IMG/VR virus record: IMGVR_UViG_3300037851_000222
Coordinates: 1-64,000 of that record
DNA from: a virus
Strand: one strand, 5' to 3'
Length of the DNA: 64,000 bases
Part shown: one piece after another, positions 26,431 to 36,622 of the stretch
How positions within the stretch are numbered: position 1 is the stretch's first letter
How the letters are laid out: each line of letters starts with the position of its first letter
Program-made: the position numbers and the translations under genes
Notes under the pieces: generated by a model
What the model was told of the DNA's origin: nothing
Database searches by the model: none
What the model saw: the letters and a program-made list of their open reading frames with translations, nothing else

Positions 26431-28022
26431 ACGGGGTTCCGGCGGAAGTCGATTCCAGCAGTCTGGCCCCAGTTGCCGTTGACGGCGCGCCGGGCGTAGA
26501 TGTTCGGCAGCTTGATGGGGCTGTTGCGCATGTCGATGTCGGAAATGATTATGTTGTCCCAGGGAACTACATCGTCCTGAATAACGAGGGCGCCTTCGAT
26601 GTTCCAGTTTTGAGGGTCGAAAGCGGGTGAGCCTCGGGCGCCTTGGAACCTGATGGCTGAGATGTTTTCCAGCTTGAGGGTACCGGCGATGTTGAAGTTC
26701 CCTAGAGGGGTAGCTCCAACCTCTCCACCACGGAGCGTTAGAGTCTTTCCAGCGCCCATATTGACGCTGTACAGGTCAATCCGCATGGTAGGATCGTAGC
26801 TGTACGCCGTGACATCAATGTCGTCGTTCACGACACAGGCGAAGTCTAAGAGGACTGCACTCCCACCGCCGCTATTGCCTGCGATAATGACAGGGTTGGT
26901 TCCCGGGGAAACCCAATCTGTGCAAGACACACGGAAGGCGCTTTTAGCAGTGAGGGTACCACCTCCACGGTTGAATACGCCGTTCACGTTCATGATGAAG
27001 TCGTAGGCTGATATGTTGACTGTTGCGCCTGCACCGAAGTTTATGGAAGAGGAGGCGTTTTGTATGTCGACTGTTGTATTTCCATAGCTGCTGATGTTAA
27101 ACGTGCCAGTTGTCGGCGTGGTGATGTTGACTGGTCCGCCGACCCCACTTCCTGAATCGGAGGATTGAATGATTAAATCAAATACTTGTATATCGCCTTC
27201 CAGTGTCAGGTTCATGACATCGCTGAAGGTGTTATTGTAGATGTCGAGATAAAAACCAGTCCATGAGGGCAAACTGCCGGTGAAGCTGTAGGTTTCTGAC
27301 ATACGAATCTGCAACTGAGTCACGCCGGATATGGCACTCATTGTCTTGAATAGGTAGTCATAAACACCAAGCTGCCCTCCGTAGGTGAACTCCGCAATCA
27401 CATAATCTTGTGGGAGGTATGAACTTGTGATGTGCCCCGAGACGCCATCCTGCCGTTCAATCGGAATATGTCCGTTAAAGGATTCATACACCCAGATATA
27501 AGCACTGTCGAGAGAAAGTGCCGTGTCCGTACCGAAGCTGAGACACGGTTGACTTATGTACTTATCGGCCTTGAACTGACACCCACCGTCTATGAGACGA
27601 ACCAAGCTACCGGGGGCAACAATGGCAATACAAGGCAGTATGCGTGCACCCCCTTGAAGATAGATGTTTATTTGATGCGCCCATATAGCACCACCCGCCC
27701 CAGGCTCAATCAGCCCACTCAGATAACAGGCCGCGTTGTCGATGTCTTCGCCGTACATTTCCACGTTGGAGTTCCACTGAATCTTGGTCAACGTGGTGAG
27801 GTTCACGTCATAGTGAAAAGTGACGCAGACGAAAGGTTGGGTGATGTACGCGACACCCCCGTTGAGGGATACGTTAGCGTGTTGCCCCGTCATATAAACA
27901 TCAATAGTACTGTCCAAGGCACCCGTGTACGGCTCCGTACCAGCCACGTCCGTCGAGTAGTTGGCGGGATTGCTCAACTCCATGTCCGTCGTCAGGTTGT
28001 TGAAGTAGATCGGTGTGGCCAT
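26427..28022 (-). CDS. Acidic beta-rich (beta-helix-like) putative spike/adhesin protein
   Basis: Alternating hydrophobic/polar strands, S/T/N/G rich; visibly lower GC than neighbours. Confidence 0.6.
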   Translation of the reverse strand: MATPIYFNNLTTDMELSNPANYSTDVAGTEPYTGALDSTIDVYMTGQHANVSLNGGVAYITQPFVCVTFHYDVNLTTLTKIQWNSNVEMYGEDIDNAACYLSGLIEPGAGGAIWAHQINIYLQGGARILPCIAIVAPGSLVRLIDGGCQFKADKYISQPCLSFGTDTALSLDSAYIWVYESFNGHIPIERQDGVSGHITSSYLPQDYVIAEFTYGGQLGVYDYLFKTMSAISGVTQLQIRMSETYSFTGSLPSWTGFYLDIYNNTFSDVMNLTLEGDIQVFDLIIQSSDSGSGVGGPVNITTPTTGTFNISSYGNTTVDIQNASSSINFGAGATVNISAYDFIMNVNGVFNRGGGTLTAKSAFRVSCTDWVSPGTNPVIIAGNSGGGSAVLLDFACVVNDDIDVTAYSYDPTMRIDLYSVNMGAGKTLTLRGGEVGATPLGNFNIAGTLKLENISAIRFQGARGSPAFDPQNWNIEGALVIQDDVVPWDNIIISDIDMRNSPIKLPNIYARRAVNGNWGQTAGIDFRRNPV

Positions 28023-28030
28023 GGTACACC

Positions 28031-28675
28031 TTATACCAGATACGCCGACACCAACCGGGCTGTCCCGGCCATGTCGTCGTTTCCGTTGGTAGGATCGCGG
28101 CGAACAAGAAGAACGAAGTCATCGTACAGGGCGGGTAATCCTGCGGTGATGTCGAGGGCGTTTGTCGTGAACTGGTACGCGGTCCCTGGAGCTGCATCGA
28201 CTAGGCCGTGCAGGCTCCCGAATACCAAACCACTCCCCAAGGAGTCGCTGTCGAACGGTGCGATGGCAGCCTGCCAGACCACACTGCCCGCAGTGGCCGT
28301 CGAGAACCAAGTGAGGTGCAGAGCGAGCGGGTTGGAGATGAGCTTGTTGACCCGCCGAACTATCCAACCTGCTTGGCTGATCGACGCACCGTCAGGGAAG
28401 TCCAAGGTGTCGAGACGCACACCGGGCAGTCCGGCTGGGGGCGTGGCAGAGGGGACATAGCTACCAGGGGTCGCAGGGTTGGCGTACCCGAGATCGGCCC
28501 CAGAGATGTTCAGTCGGAAGTACGGATCGCTCCCGCCGACAGCACTCCATAAGGAACCATTGAATATCTCGAAGACGCTGCCGGTCCATCTGATAGTCCC
28601 TGCGACAGGGGTGTGTCCCGCCGGGATGTCCGCGAGGGTGTAAGCACTGGGGCGGGCGAGAGGGGCAAAGGTCAT
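28031..28675 (-). CDS. Beta-sandwich virion/spike protein
   Basis: GTIRWTGSVFEIFNG fibre motif, then WFSTATAGSVVW...LVRRDPTNGNDDMAGTARLV. Confidence 0.6.
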   Translation of the reverse strand: MTFAPLARPSAYTLADIPAGHTPVAGTIRWTGSVFEIFNGSLWSAVGGSDPYFRLNISGADLGYANPATPGSYVPSATPPAGLPGVRLDTLDFPDGASISQAGWIVRRVNKLISNPLALHLTWFSTATAGSVVWQAAIAPFDSDSLGSGLVFGSLHGLVDAAPGTAYQFTTNALDITAGLPALYDDFVLLVRRDPTNGNDDMAGTARLVSAYLV

Positions 28676-28686
28676 GGATTATTCCT

Positions 28687-30741
28687 TTAGACGATGATCC
28701 ATTTGATGCCGGTGTAGGCAAGCGTCACGGATTCGCCATCAGCAAGGATAATGGTTGAACCGGTTTCGATGTCGATGCCATCACCGTCGATGGTTGTGTT
28801 GCCAGTGCCGCTACTGTTTCTGATGGTAATGGTGTCGCCGGTCGTGGGAGACCAGAGGGTGGTGGTGACGCTGTCCGCCGTCTGCTCCACTATGCCTTTG
28901 TTTAGCAAAGCCGACAAGGTGGTCGATGTGGTGACTTCGTAGTAGCCGCCAGTGTTTTTCCACGTTTGGGAGATGCTTTCGTAGGCGATCACTTGGTTGT
29001 TGGCAAGTGAGGCCAACGAGACATCGTGGAGCGAGGCAAGGTCGTTCCCGCAATCCACATCGACGTAGATGGCTCCATTGTTTGTGGAGTTGAGCGCCCA
29101 CGCCACCCCGACCGCATGGTCAGGGGCAGTTGGTTTGGTGTTGGTCAGTTCGCCGGGGTTAGCTGGATCGAGCCACAGACGGTCGCCAGCGGAAAAGCCT
29201 GATGTGTTGTAGCCACGCACCAACCCTTGAGTGCAGACATAACCTTCCGCATCGTCTGCGATGTCGTAGGTCACGACACCGATGGTTTCGTCTCCGCTCA
29301 AGGCGGTTGCGTCGGCCAGACTCACGGTGGGGCGGTTGCCTTGGGCGCCGCTGATATAGACGACTTGCCCGTCGAGCAGGGTGGATCCTGTCTTGTTGAC
29401 GCCGCGCAGCCAGAACTCTTGACCAACCTGCATGACCGGGCCGTTGATTTCAGGGTAGAAGGCCAAGCACTTGTCGGTCGTGTCCCAGAAGACGGTGCCT
29501 TCAGCGTAAGTAGGAGCCGCCGCAGCCGTGTTGAGTACAATGCCGTTGTCGTAGTTGATCGCCGCTGACGGGTGCTGGTCGGCTAAGCTGCGATCAGCCA
29601 GTGAAGTGTGACTGACCGGCGTGAGGTTGGAAATAGCTACTTGACTGGCGCGGTTTCCAGCCAAGTAAGCGGTGGCCTCAATGCGGATGCGGCCCGTGGC
29701 CACGTTGTAGGATGAGTTTGTTCGATAGGTCAGGCGGGTGAAGGCGACAAACTCGACCGACAGCGCGGTCAGCGTTCCAAGATTCAGGGAGCGGAAATCC
29801 TCAGCTTGGGCCGCTGCCAGCGAAGTGTGTGCTACTTGCGGCTGGAGCATTAGCGTCCGGTACACTTGGCTGCCGGCGTCAGTTGTCACTGGTATGAGGA
29901 TCTGATAGACGTTGAGGTAGCGCGCCGTGACGGTCTCCACGTCAGAGAAGGTGCCGCCGGACACAGTGTTGACGATTGGATATGTTGTGCCAGTGCGAAT
30001 AGGCAACGCGGCGGCTTTGGTGAGGACGGGAGTGCCGACCCCTGTGAAGTGTAAAAGCGTATAACTACCTTGCGCCCACGCTGCGATAGTGGTTGGCAGG
30101 TCTTCGTCCTTGATGACGGCCGCGTCGAAACCAGGTGTGTTGTCAGCGTCGGTCGGTGCCCCAGGCTGGACAGTGTAGGTGCCGTCCGTCAGCAAGCCAC
30201 CGCTGAAACGGTAGGTGCCGATGTTGTAATGGTCCTCTTCGTGACATTGCCACGGCATGAGGCCGTGCTGTTCGCGGACGCCGAATGAGTCGCCAGCCGG
30301 AGTGTTGTAGTTGGCGTAGGCCAACTGTGCGGTAGTATCGAACGTCCAAGGGGTCTGTGACCACGAAACGACACCTCCGGCGCCCATAGAGAGGAACCAA
30401 CCCCCGTCTGTCGCAGCATGAGCGTCCGAGGTCCAGGGGCTTACCAAAACATGGCGCACGCCCTGGAACCAGATGACGACGCCGCCAGACTGCGTCAAGG
30501 TGATAGTGCGGTTGACACTATCGTATTCCGACGTGACGGCTGACGGTGACTCAAAGCCGGTCGGCTCGCCGGTGGCTGCCTGCGTATTGCTGAGGACCAC
30601 ACGGACAGCTCCCCACATGGGCACATCGCTGGCGTTGGAGTCGGCCCAGAGCGTGTTGGCATCGCCGGGGCTAGAGGCCCCCGGCGTGACCTGAAAGCCC
30701 AAGCCGCCGCAGAGCTTTGACCAAAGGCGACGAAGAGACAT
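28687..30741 (-). CDS. Fibre/spike protein
   Basis: GQVVYISGAQG module, LASLHDVSLASLANNQVIAY repeat, C-terminal GDTITIRN...ESVTLAYTG module. Confidence 0.8.
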   Translation of the reverse strand: MSLRRLWSKLCGGLGFQVTPGASSPGDANTLWADSNASDVPMWGAVRVVLSNTQAATGEPTGFESPSAVTSEYDSVNRTITLTQSGGVVIWFQGVRHVLVSPWTSDAHAATDGGWFLSMGAGGVVSWSQTPWTFDTTAQLAYANYNTPAGDSFGVREQHGLMPWQCHEEDHYNIGTYRFSGGLLTDGTYTVQPGAPTDADNTPGFDAAVIKDEDLPTTIAAWAQGSYTLLHFTGVGTPVLTKAAALPIRTGTTYPIVNTVSGGTFSDVETVTARYLNVYQILIPVTTDAGSQVYRTLMLQPQVAHTSLAAAQAEDFRSLNLGTLTALSVEFVAFTRLTYRTNSSYNVATGRIRIEATAYLAGNRASQVAISNLTPVSHTSLADRSLADQHPSAAINYDNGIVLNTAAAAPTYAEGTVFWDTTDKCLAFYPEINGPVMQVGQEFWLRGVNKTGSTLLDGQVVYISGAQGNRPTVSLADATALSGDETIGVVTYDIADDAEGYVCTQGLVRGYNTSGFSAGDRLWLDPANPGELTNTKPTAPDHAVGVAWALNSTNNGAIYVDVDCGNDLASLHDVSLASLANNQVIAYESISQTWKNTGGYYEVTTSTTLSALLNKGIVEQTADSVTTTLWSPTTGDTITIRNSSGTGNTTIDGDGIDIETGSTIILADGESVTLAYTGIKWIIV

Positions 30742-30753
30742 GACGACCTCCTG

Positions 30754-33700
30754 TTAGAAGACGGTCCATTCGGTGCCGTTGTAGACAAGCGTGACGCTCT
30801 CTCCGTCTGCGAGGGCGAGCGTGCCGGAACCGTCGATGTTCTTGCCGTTGCCGTCGATGGTTGTGTTGCCAGTGCCGCTCTTGTTGCGGATGTTGATGGT
30901 GTCACCTTCGACAGGTGAAGCCCACAGGTCGGTGGTGATGGTATCAGCGGTCTGCTCCACGAACTGCATCGTGTGCGTCAACGTCGTGTTGGTGCCGACT
31001 TGGACGATCTTGCTGCGGCGACCGCCTTGGGTGATGAAAAGGTTTTCGACGAGGACGTTGCCTTCTGCAAAATAGCCGGCCCAGTTCACCGCGTTACCTT
31101 CGGCGCTTCCGTGTATAGCGCAGCCATAGCTGGTCGGGTTGCCATAGACTTTCGCATGAACAGCAGTGGCGTTTCCGCCTACGGATTCATCGACATACAT
31201 GGTGGTGTCGATGCCGAATGCGGTGCGGCTGTGGTCGCTGCTGCTCGCGTCGTAAGTCACATGATTCTTTATCCCGAAAACGGTACCGATTGTCGGCGTA
31301 TTAGATTCTACGGACGTATTGACAAACAGTCCCGTGTTGCCGTATCCGTTGATGTTTGACACTACGAAGGCGTGTTGATCCTCAGCACTGTTCTTATAAA
31401 CCTCCGTAGCTATGCCGATATTGATGTACGGCGACGATCCGTAGGTTCCGTACTCGAAGTTGGGTATGCCGCCGAACGCGCCTGCGTTATTGAACTGGAT
31501 CTGCTGGTTGCTGCCACCAGGAGTACCGCCTCCACCGCCAACAGCAGAGGCACCAAAGTAAAGTTTGTTGGCGTCCCCGCTGTTGACCCAGAGCGTAGCC
31601 GCATTGCCAGGATTGGCGGCGAGAGGGTTCATCTGCAAGCCAGCACCCTTGACGAGGCCGGAGAGCGTGACAGAGAACTTCTCACTGCTGTTGTGGCTAT
31701 ACGCTGCGAAGACCGATGAAGCGTTGGGAGTGTTGACCGTCATGTTGATCTGGTGCCCGACAGCGGTTGCGCTGTCGGCCCAGTAGGACGACATTATCAG
31801 TTGCGGGTTTCCAGATGTCAGGCCGAACGCCGTGCTGAACGACAGGCGCCCGTCTTGATAGCCGTAAAGCCTGGTGCTGCCGTTATACCCGATGTCGAAG
31901 AGGTCATTGCCGCTGCCGTTGGCGATGTCCACGACCAGAGTGCCGGCTTGGTACGTCCACCCGTCACTGTCCACTGCGAACACTTGCGCGGAGTTGGCAT
32001 TGACCATCAGCATGTTCTTGGCGCTGACGATCCCCGTCTCGTAGATTTCCGTGTTCGACGGCAGCTTGAATCGGTTGACGGTGGTTTCGTACCAGAGGGT
32101 CGAGGCAGCGAGCGCACCGCCAGGGTTAGCGCCGACAGCCGTGAAGGCCAGCCCGGTCGGGTCGATGAGCCCGGCAACGGTCAGCTTGCCCGTGACGTTG
32201 GCGTCGCCTACGACGCGGAACTCACCTGCGCGGCCCGTGCCCCCAGCGCCGGCTGCGCCTGGAGTAAGGACGATGTCGCCACCGCGAGGGTTGTTGCTGA
32301 TGTGGTTACCGCCGCTCTCGGCCGTGAAGTAGGTGTCTTTGCCAGCGGTGTCGGCGGCGGCAGTGAGGGTCAGAGCCGAACCGACGCGGGCGGTGAGGGC
32401 TGCCCCGACTTGCGTCGCGCCGCTGCCAACGATGCGCGTAGAAGCCGATCCGATGACCAACGTCGAGGCACCGACCATGCTGGTGCCTAACTGGAGGATG
32501 CCGGTCTGGTTCACGTAGCCGCCGACATTGAAACTGAAGGTTCCGTCGTTGCCTGTCAGGTAGAGCCGTCTGTCTGCGACGGACGACTGCGCGAGGACGA
32601 TGCCACCCGCCGACCCTGCACCGTTGAGGCCACCACGATCAATATGGACGCCAGCATCGCTGGCGTTGTTCGTACCTGCCGAGACGTGGAACGATGTCGA
32701 GTTGGTGATGGTCGAGGCGATATGGGACGTGCCAGCCACGCCGATGCCACCGTTCACCCGCAGGGCGCCTGTGGCCGTATTGGTAGCCGCCGAGCTGTCA
32801 GAGACTTGAACGACGCCGAGATCGAAGAATCCAGCGTAGTTCGCTAGACCGCCGCTGGCGGAGCCATAGATACCGCACGCTATAAGCGAGGAGGCCGCGC
32901 CCGTCGCCGTGAAGCTGCCGCCGTAGACCGTGGCGGCGTTGGACCCTCCGGTAGCTCCGGCCGAAGCGAGGACGCCATAGCTGATCTTGCCAGCCGTAGT
33001 CGTGGCGGTCGAGGCGATGGCCTTGACGCCGATGGCACTGGAGGCTCCGACCCCGCCTCCGTTGGTGACTTGGGCGAGGCCGTCCACGCCGACGCAGGTG
33101 CCGTCGCCCCCCGTCGCACGAACATGGCCATGGACACCGATGTTCGTGCCGCCATTCGCTGTCCGTTCCCCACGTCCGTAGAGGGTGGCGACATTACCGT
33201 TCAGGCCATCTGTACGATAACCTGCGACTGTCACACCGTTAGTTGCGTTGGAGTTCGTGACGGCGATGGTCGAAGCCAACCCGAGATTCGTGTAGCCGGT
33301 GACATAGAGGTTCTCATTCAGGCCAACACCGCCAGCCACGCGCAGCGCGCCGGTTGTTGAACTGTTCGCAGTGGTGGTCATCGGCACGGAGACCGCGATG
33401 TGCGCGCCGTTCGCACCGAGGGTGATGATGCCGGCCACGGTGCTGCTCGCGCTTCGCCCGATGGCGACGGCATCGATCGCAGTTGCAGAAGCGCCACGCC
33501 CGAGGGCGACGGTATCGATCGCAGTTGCAGAAGTGCCACGTCCGAGGGCGATGGCGTCACTCGCCGCGGCGGAGGCACTGGCACCGATGACCACGGCTCC
33601 GTTATTGGCATTGCCCACATAGGCGTTGGCACCGATCACCACCACATCATCCGAGTCCCCGGTGGACTTGGCGTTGTAGCCGATGAACACGTTGCGAGCC

Positions 33701-34698
33701 GACGTGGCGTCAAGGGCTCCTGCCAAGTCACCGATGATGACGGTCTGCGTGACGGGGGCACTAGTCGAGGCGCCGATGATGGTATTCGCGGAGGCGTCAG
33801 CCGTGCCACCGCGCACCACCAAGGCCCCAGCGATGCCGACACCGCCGGCAACGCGGAGGGCGCCAGTGAGCGAGTCCGTTGACGCTTCCGTGCCGGGGAT
33901 CTGCACGCGCTCGTTGCTGCGACCGAGCATAATCTGGTTGGCAGCGGTGCAGGTGGCACCCGAACCGATGGCGCATCCATAGGAGAATGCGGCAGCCGTG
34001 GCCGACTTGCCGAGAGCCGTACCGTTGCTGCCGGTGGCGACCGCTGCGTGTCCGATAACAACGCTATTCGGCCCGCCGTTAGCGGTTCGACCGATGATGA
34101 CTGCGCTGGCACCGGTACCATCGGGTCGACCGATCACGATGGAATCGTTGCACGACGTAGCAGTGCCTCCGTTGACGATGACAATGGCATTGGCATGACT
34201 GCCGGCGCCGACAGACACGTTCATTCCGACGAGGACGGTGTTGTTGTAGTTTCCAGTCTTCGTCAGGCTCTTGCCGATGATGAGATTGCTGGTGCCGGAG
34301 CTTGCGCACGACGCGACGATGTCTCGCCCGATCAGGACACCGCCCATTCCGGCCACCGAATCGGACCAAGTGTTGTTCTGCCCGATGTTCAGACCCACGC
34401 GGGCGGCGTCGGCTTCCAGCTTGATGGCTTCCGTGCCCGCGCCCGCCGCCACGGTGAGCAGGCGGGGGTAGACCAGTTCGGCCGAGGCGTCGATGGTGCG
34501 GAGGGTGGTGCCGCTGACAACCTCCCCCACGCTGGGAGTGCCGCCACGGGTGAAGAACCAGCCGATGCGTGAGGCGTCGGTATGAGCCGCCGGGTTGGGA
34601 TCACCGGCCGCCAGAGGGGCCGCCATGGCGAGGTCGGCATTGCTGCCGAGCGCGCCCAAGCGCAGACCGTTTTTGGCGAGGAAGGATTGTGCGCTCAT
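30754..34698 (-). CDS. Long trimeric fibre with YadA-head-like repeats
   Basis: 14-aa repeats (AIALGRGTSATAID), STTGALRVAGGVG motifs, GGTPGGSNQQIQFNNAGAFGG, same C-terminal module as the downstream fibre. Confidence 0.85.
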   Translation of the reverse strand: MSAQSFLAKNGLRLGALGSNADLAMAAPLAAGDPNPAAHTDASRIGWFFTRGGTPSVGEVVSGTTLRTIDASAELVYPRLLTVAAGAGTEAIKLEADAARVGLNIGQNNTWSDSVAGMGGVLIGRDIVASCASSGTSNLIIGKSLTKTGNYNNTVLVGMNVSVGAGSHANAIVIVNGGTATSCNDSIVIGRPDGTGASAVIIGRTANGGPNSVVIGHAAVATGSNGTALGKSATAAAFSYGCAIGSGATCTAANQIMLGRSNERVQIPGTEASTDSLTGALRVAGGVGIAGALVVRGGTADASANTIIGASTSAPVTQTVIIGDLAGALDATSARNVFIGYNAKSTGDSDDVVVIGANAYVGNANNGAVVIGASASAAASDAIALGRGTSATAIDTVALGRGASATAIDAVAIGRSASSTVAGIITLGANGAHIAVSVPMTTTANSSTTGALRVAGGVGLNENLYVTGYTNLGLASTIAVTNSNATNGVTVAGYRTDGLNGNVATLYGRGERTANGGTNIGVHGHVRATGGDGTCVGVDGLAQVTNGGGVGASSAIGVKAIASTATTTAGKISYGVLASAGATGGSNAATVYGGSFTATGAASSLIACGIYGSASGGLANYAGFFDLGVVQVSDSSAATNTATGALRVNGGIGVAGTSHIASTITNSTSFHVSAGTNNASDAGVHIDRGGLNGAGSAGGIVLAQSSVADRRLYLTGNDGTFSFNVGGYVNQTGILQLGTSMVGASTLVIGSASTRIVGSGATQVGAALTARVGSALTLTAAADTAGKDTYFTAESGGNHISNNPRGGDIVLTPGAAGAGGTGRAGEFRVVGDANVTGKLTVAGLIDPTGLAFTAVGANPGGALAASTLWYETTVNRFKLPSNTEIYETGIVSAKNMLMVNANSAQVFAVDSDGWTYQAGTLVVDIANGSGNDLFDIGYNGSTRLYGYQDGRLSFSTAFGLTSGNPQLIMSSYWADSATAVGHQINMTVNTPNASSVFAAYSHNSSEKFSVTLSGLVKGAGLQMNPLAANPGNAATLWVNSGDANKLYFGASAVGGGGGTPGGSNQQIQFNNAGAFGGIPNFEYGTYGSSPYINIGIATEVYKNSAEDQHAFVVSNINGYGNTGLFVNTSVESNTPTIGTVFGIKNHVTYDASSSDHSRTAFGIDTTMYVDESVGGNATAVHAKVYGNPTSYGCAIHGSAEGNAVNWAGYFAEGNVLVENLFITQGGRRSKIVQVGTNTTLTHTMQFVEQTADTITTDLWASPVEGDTINIRNKSGTGNTTIDGNGKNIDGSGTLALADGESVTLVYNGTEWTVF

Positions 34699-34724
34699 GG
34701 CTTTTCACCCGTGGAGGCAGAGGT

Positions 34725-35438
34725 TCACAGGCTGAACTCTTTGATCAGCTTGACAGTATGCTTGTTGACTGGCAGGAGACCGCTCTTGAGCCACGTCTTC
34801 AGTGCCTTGGTCACGATGTCGGCGTTGCTGCGGGTCAGGGTGACGGTGGACTCGGCACCAGTGATGGGCGCAATGCGCTTGTCATAGGCGTCCTGCGACT
34901 CGCCGGCCTCAGGCTCCGGCACATGGTTGATCCCGTCCGGCAGGCACTCGACAATGGATTGCGAGCGGAGGAGGGCAATGGCCTTGTCGCTCTCGTCCTT
35001 GTACCAGCAGAACGCCGTTCGTCGATCCACGATCACCATGGCGGTCAGTGCCTGCTTGATCAGTGCCACACCCCCGACCGTCAGCGAGAAGTCGATGAGC
35101 TTTTCTTCCTTGTTCTCGACCTTGGAGTTGAGGAAGAGGCTCACCAGCCGTGCGGAGTGAGGCGAGGGATTGAGGCGCGCATTGTCGACCATCATGGTCA
35201 GCGCAGCCTCGACGGCATCGGTCTCGGCCTCGGTCAAGGTCAAGTCGACCTCGATGTCTTGCTCGTTGCCCTTCGCCTGCGGGTACTGCGAGATTTGGTT
35301 TTCCTGAATCTCGTAGGCCGCGACCATCAGGGCGCTGGCCTTGGGATGCTCCTTGTAGGCATCGGGCGAAGCGAGGGGGCCACGGAGGATGTCCAGGCAC
35401 GCTCGGGTGAGGTGGTACTTCGTCGGTTCGGTCGCCAT
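34725..35438 (-). CDS. Hypothetical protein (possible fibre chaperone)
   Basis: Two internally similar halves; directly upstream of the fibre. Confidence 0.55.
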   Translation of the reverse strand: MATEPTKYHLTRACLDILRGPLASPDAYKEHPKASALMVAAYEIQENQISQYPQAKGNEQDIEVDLTLTEAETDAVEAALTMMVDNARLNPSPHSARLVSLFLNSKVENKEEKLIDFSLTVGGVALIKQALTAMVIVDRRTAFCWYKDESDKAIALLRSQSIVECLPDGINHVPEPEAGESQDAYDKRIAPITGAESTVTLTRSNADIVTKALKTWLKSGLLPVNKHTVKLIKEFSL

Positions 35439-35485
35439 GATTTCCCTTTCCATCATAGCGGTGGTGGTGCCTAACGCGACGTGCG

Positions 35486-36622
35486 TCAGGTACGGAGAGT
35501 CGAGATGCTGCGGATCCGCGCCACCCAGCCCAAGCTGGCCGCCGTGGCGGTCAGGCGCAGGTCGGCTCCTGAGATGTCCACGTCGAGCGTGCAATCCACG
35601 GTACCTGGGGTCAGGACGACATCGGTCTCCAAGTGATATGGCAGCACCCCATCGTGGCTGGCCCGGATGGTAGCCGAGTAGCGGACGGTGCCCTTGGTCA
35701 GGGTCACGTCCCACAGGACTGACTCAGCCGCAGCCAGCGGCACGGTGGCGATGGCGGTGGTGCCCACGGCCAAGGCGCCGCTGGTGGTCTGCCCAACCGT
35801 GCCGGCGCCGAGTTCTTGAAGCGCGCCCTCGACGTTGGACGAGGTGTAGTAGCCCCCGGCGTCAACGATGGCGACTTCGGCCGCCGTATTGGTGGCGTCG
35901 CTGATCTTGGTGTAGTCCGCAGTGTTGCCGGTGATGGCGTTGATGCGGTAGGTACCGTCTTCCGCGCCTCCGGCCGAGCCGTAGATGATGACGACCTGTC
36001 CGATGATCTGACCGTCTGCCGCTTGGGCCGCCGCCGCGTTGGCCAGCGAGGTGTAGACCAGCGTCGGTGTCCAGACCAGTTCGTTGGTGGTGATGTCGTA
36101 GAGTAGCTGCGCGCCAGCCGTGGCCGCGGGGGCGGCGATGGGCACGCCGTATAGGCCGACCACGTCGGGGTTTGGGTAGAACCCCGTCAGGTCGCCGCCG
36201 GCCGGGCCGATGACGGCGCCGCCACCGGCGCCCCAGTTGGTGGAGCCGTCCGCGGCGTTCTCATTGTAGACGACATAGACGATGTATGTCGTTGATTGGC
36301 GCTCTTGCGAGAGGTAGCCACCGCGCACTGGCCCGAACCAATAGCCTGGGTTTGCCGCGATGTAGGCCGTCACCGCATTGACCGACTCAATCAAGGTCCG
36401 ACCTGTGAAGACCTTGAGTTTGTAGGGGTTGGTGATCGGGGTGCCGCTATCGTTGTAGCGGGTGATGAATTGAAGCTCAAAGTTTTTGGTCCGAACCCGG
36501 TCGCCCGTGACGAATCCGATGTCGATGATGGTATGGTTCAACAGGCCTGAGAAGGCGTTGTTGAAGTTGGTCTCCATGGCTGTCGGAGTTTCGCCAAAGA
36601 TACCCAGGACGAAGTCAGCCAT
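35486..36622 (-). CDS. Tandem beta-alpha-beta-beta domain protein with fibre-like C-terminus (paralog 2 of 5)
   Basis: Paralogous N-terminus; GPAGGDLTGFYPNP and NVEGALQEL fibre motifs. Confidence 0.75.
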   Translation of the reverse strand: MADFVLGIFGETPTAMETNFNNAFSGLLNHTIIDIGFVTGDRVRTKNFELQFITRYNDSGTPITNPYKLKVFTGRTLIESVNAVTAYIAANPGYWFGPVRGGYLSQERQSTTYIVYVVYNENAADGSTNWGAGGGAVIGPAGGDLTGFYPNPDVVGLYGVPIAAPAATAGAQLLYDITTNELVWTPTLVYTSLANAAAAQAADGQIIGQVVIIYGSAGGAEDGTYRINAITGNTADYTKISDATNTAAEVAIVDAGGYYTSSNVEGALQELGAGTVGQTTSGALAVGTTAIATVPLAAAESVLWDVTLTKGTVRYSATIRASHDGVLPYHLETDVVLTPGTVDCTLDVDISGADLRLTATAASLGWVARIRSISTLRT

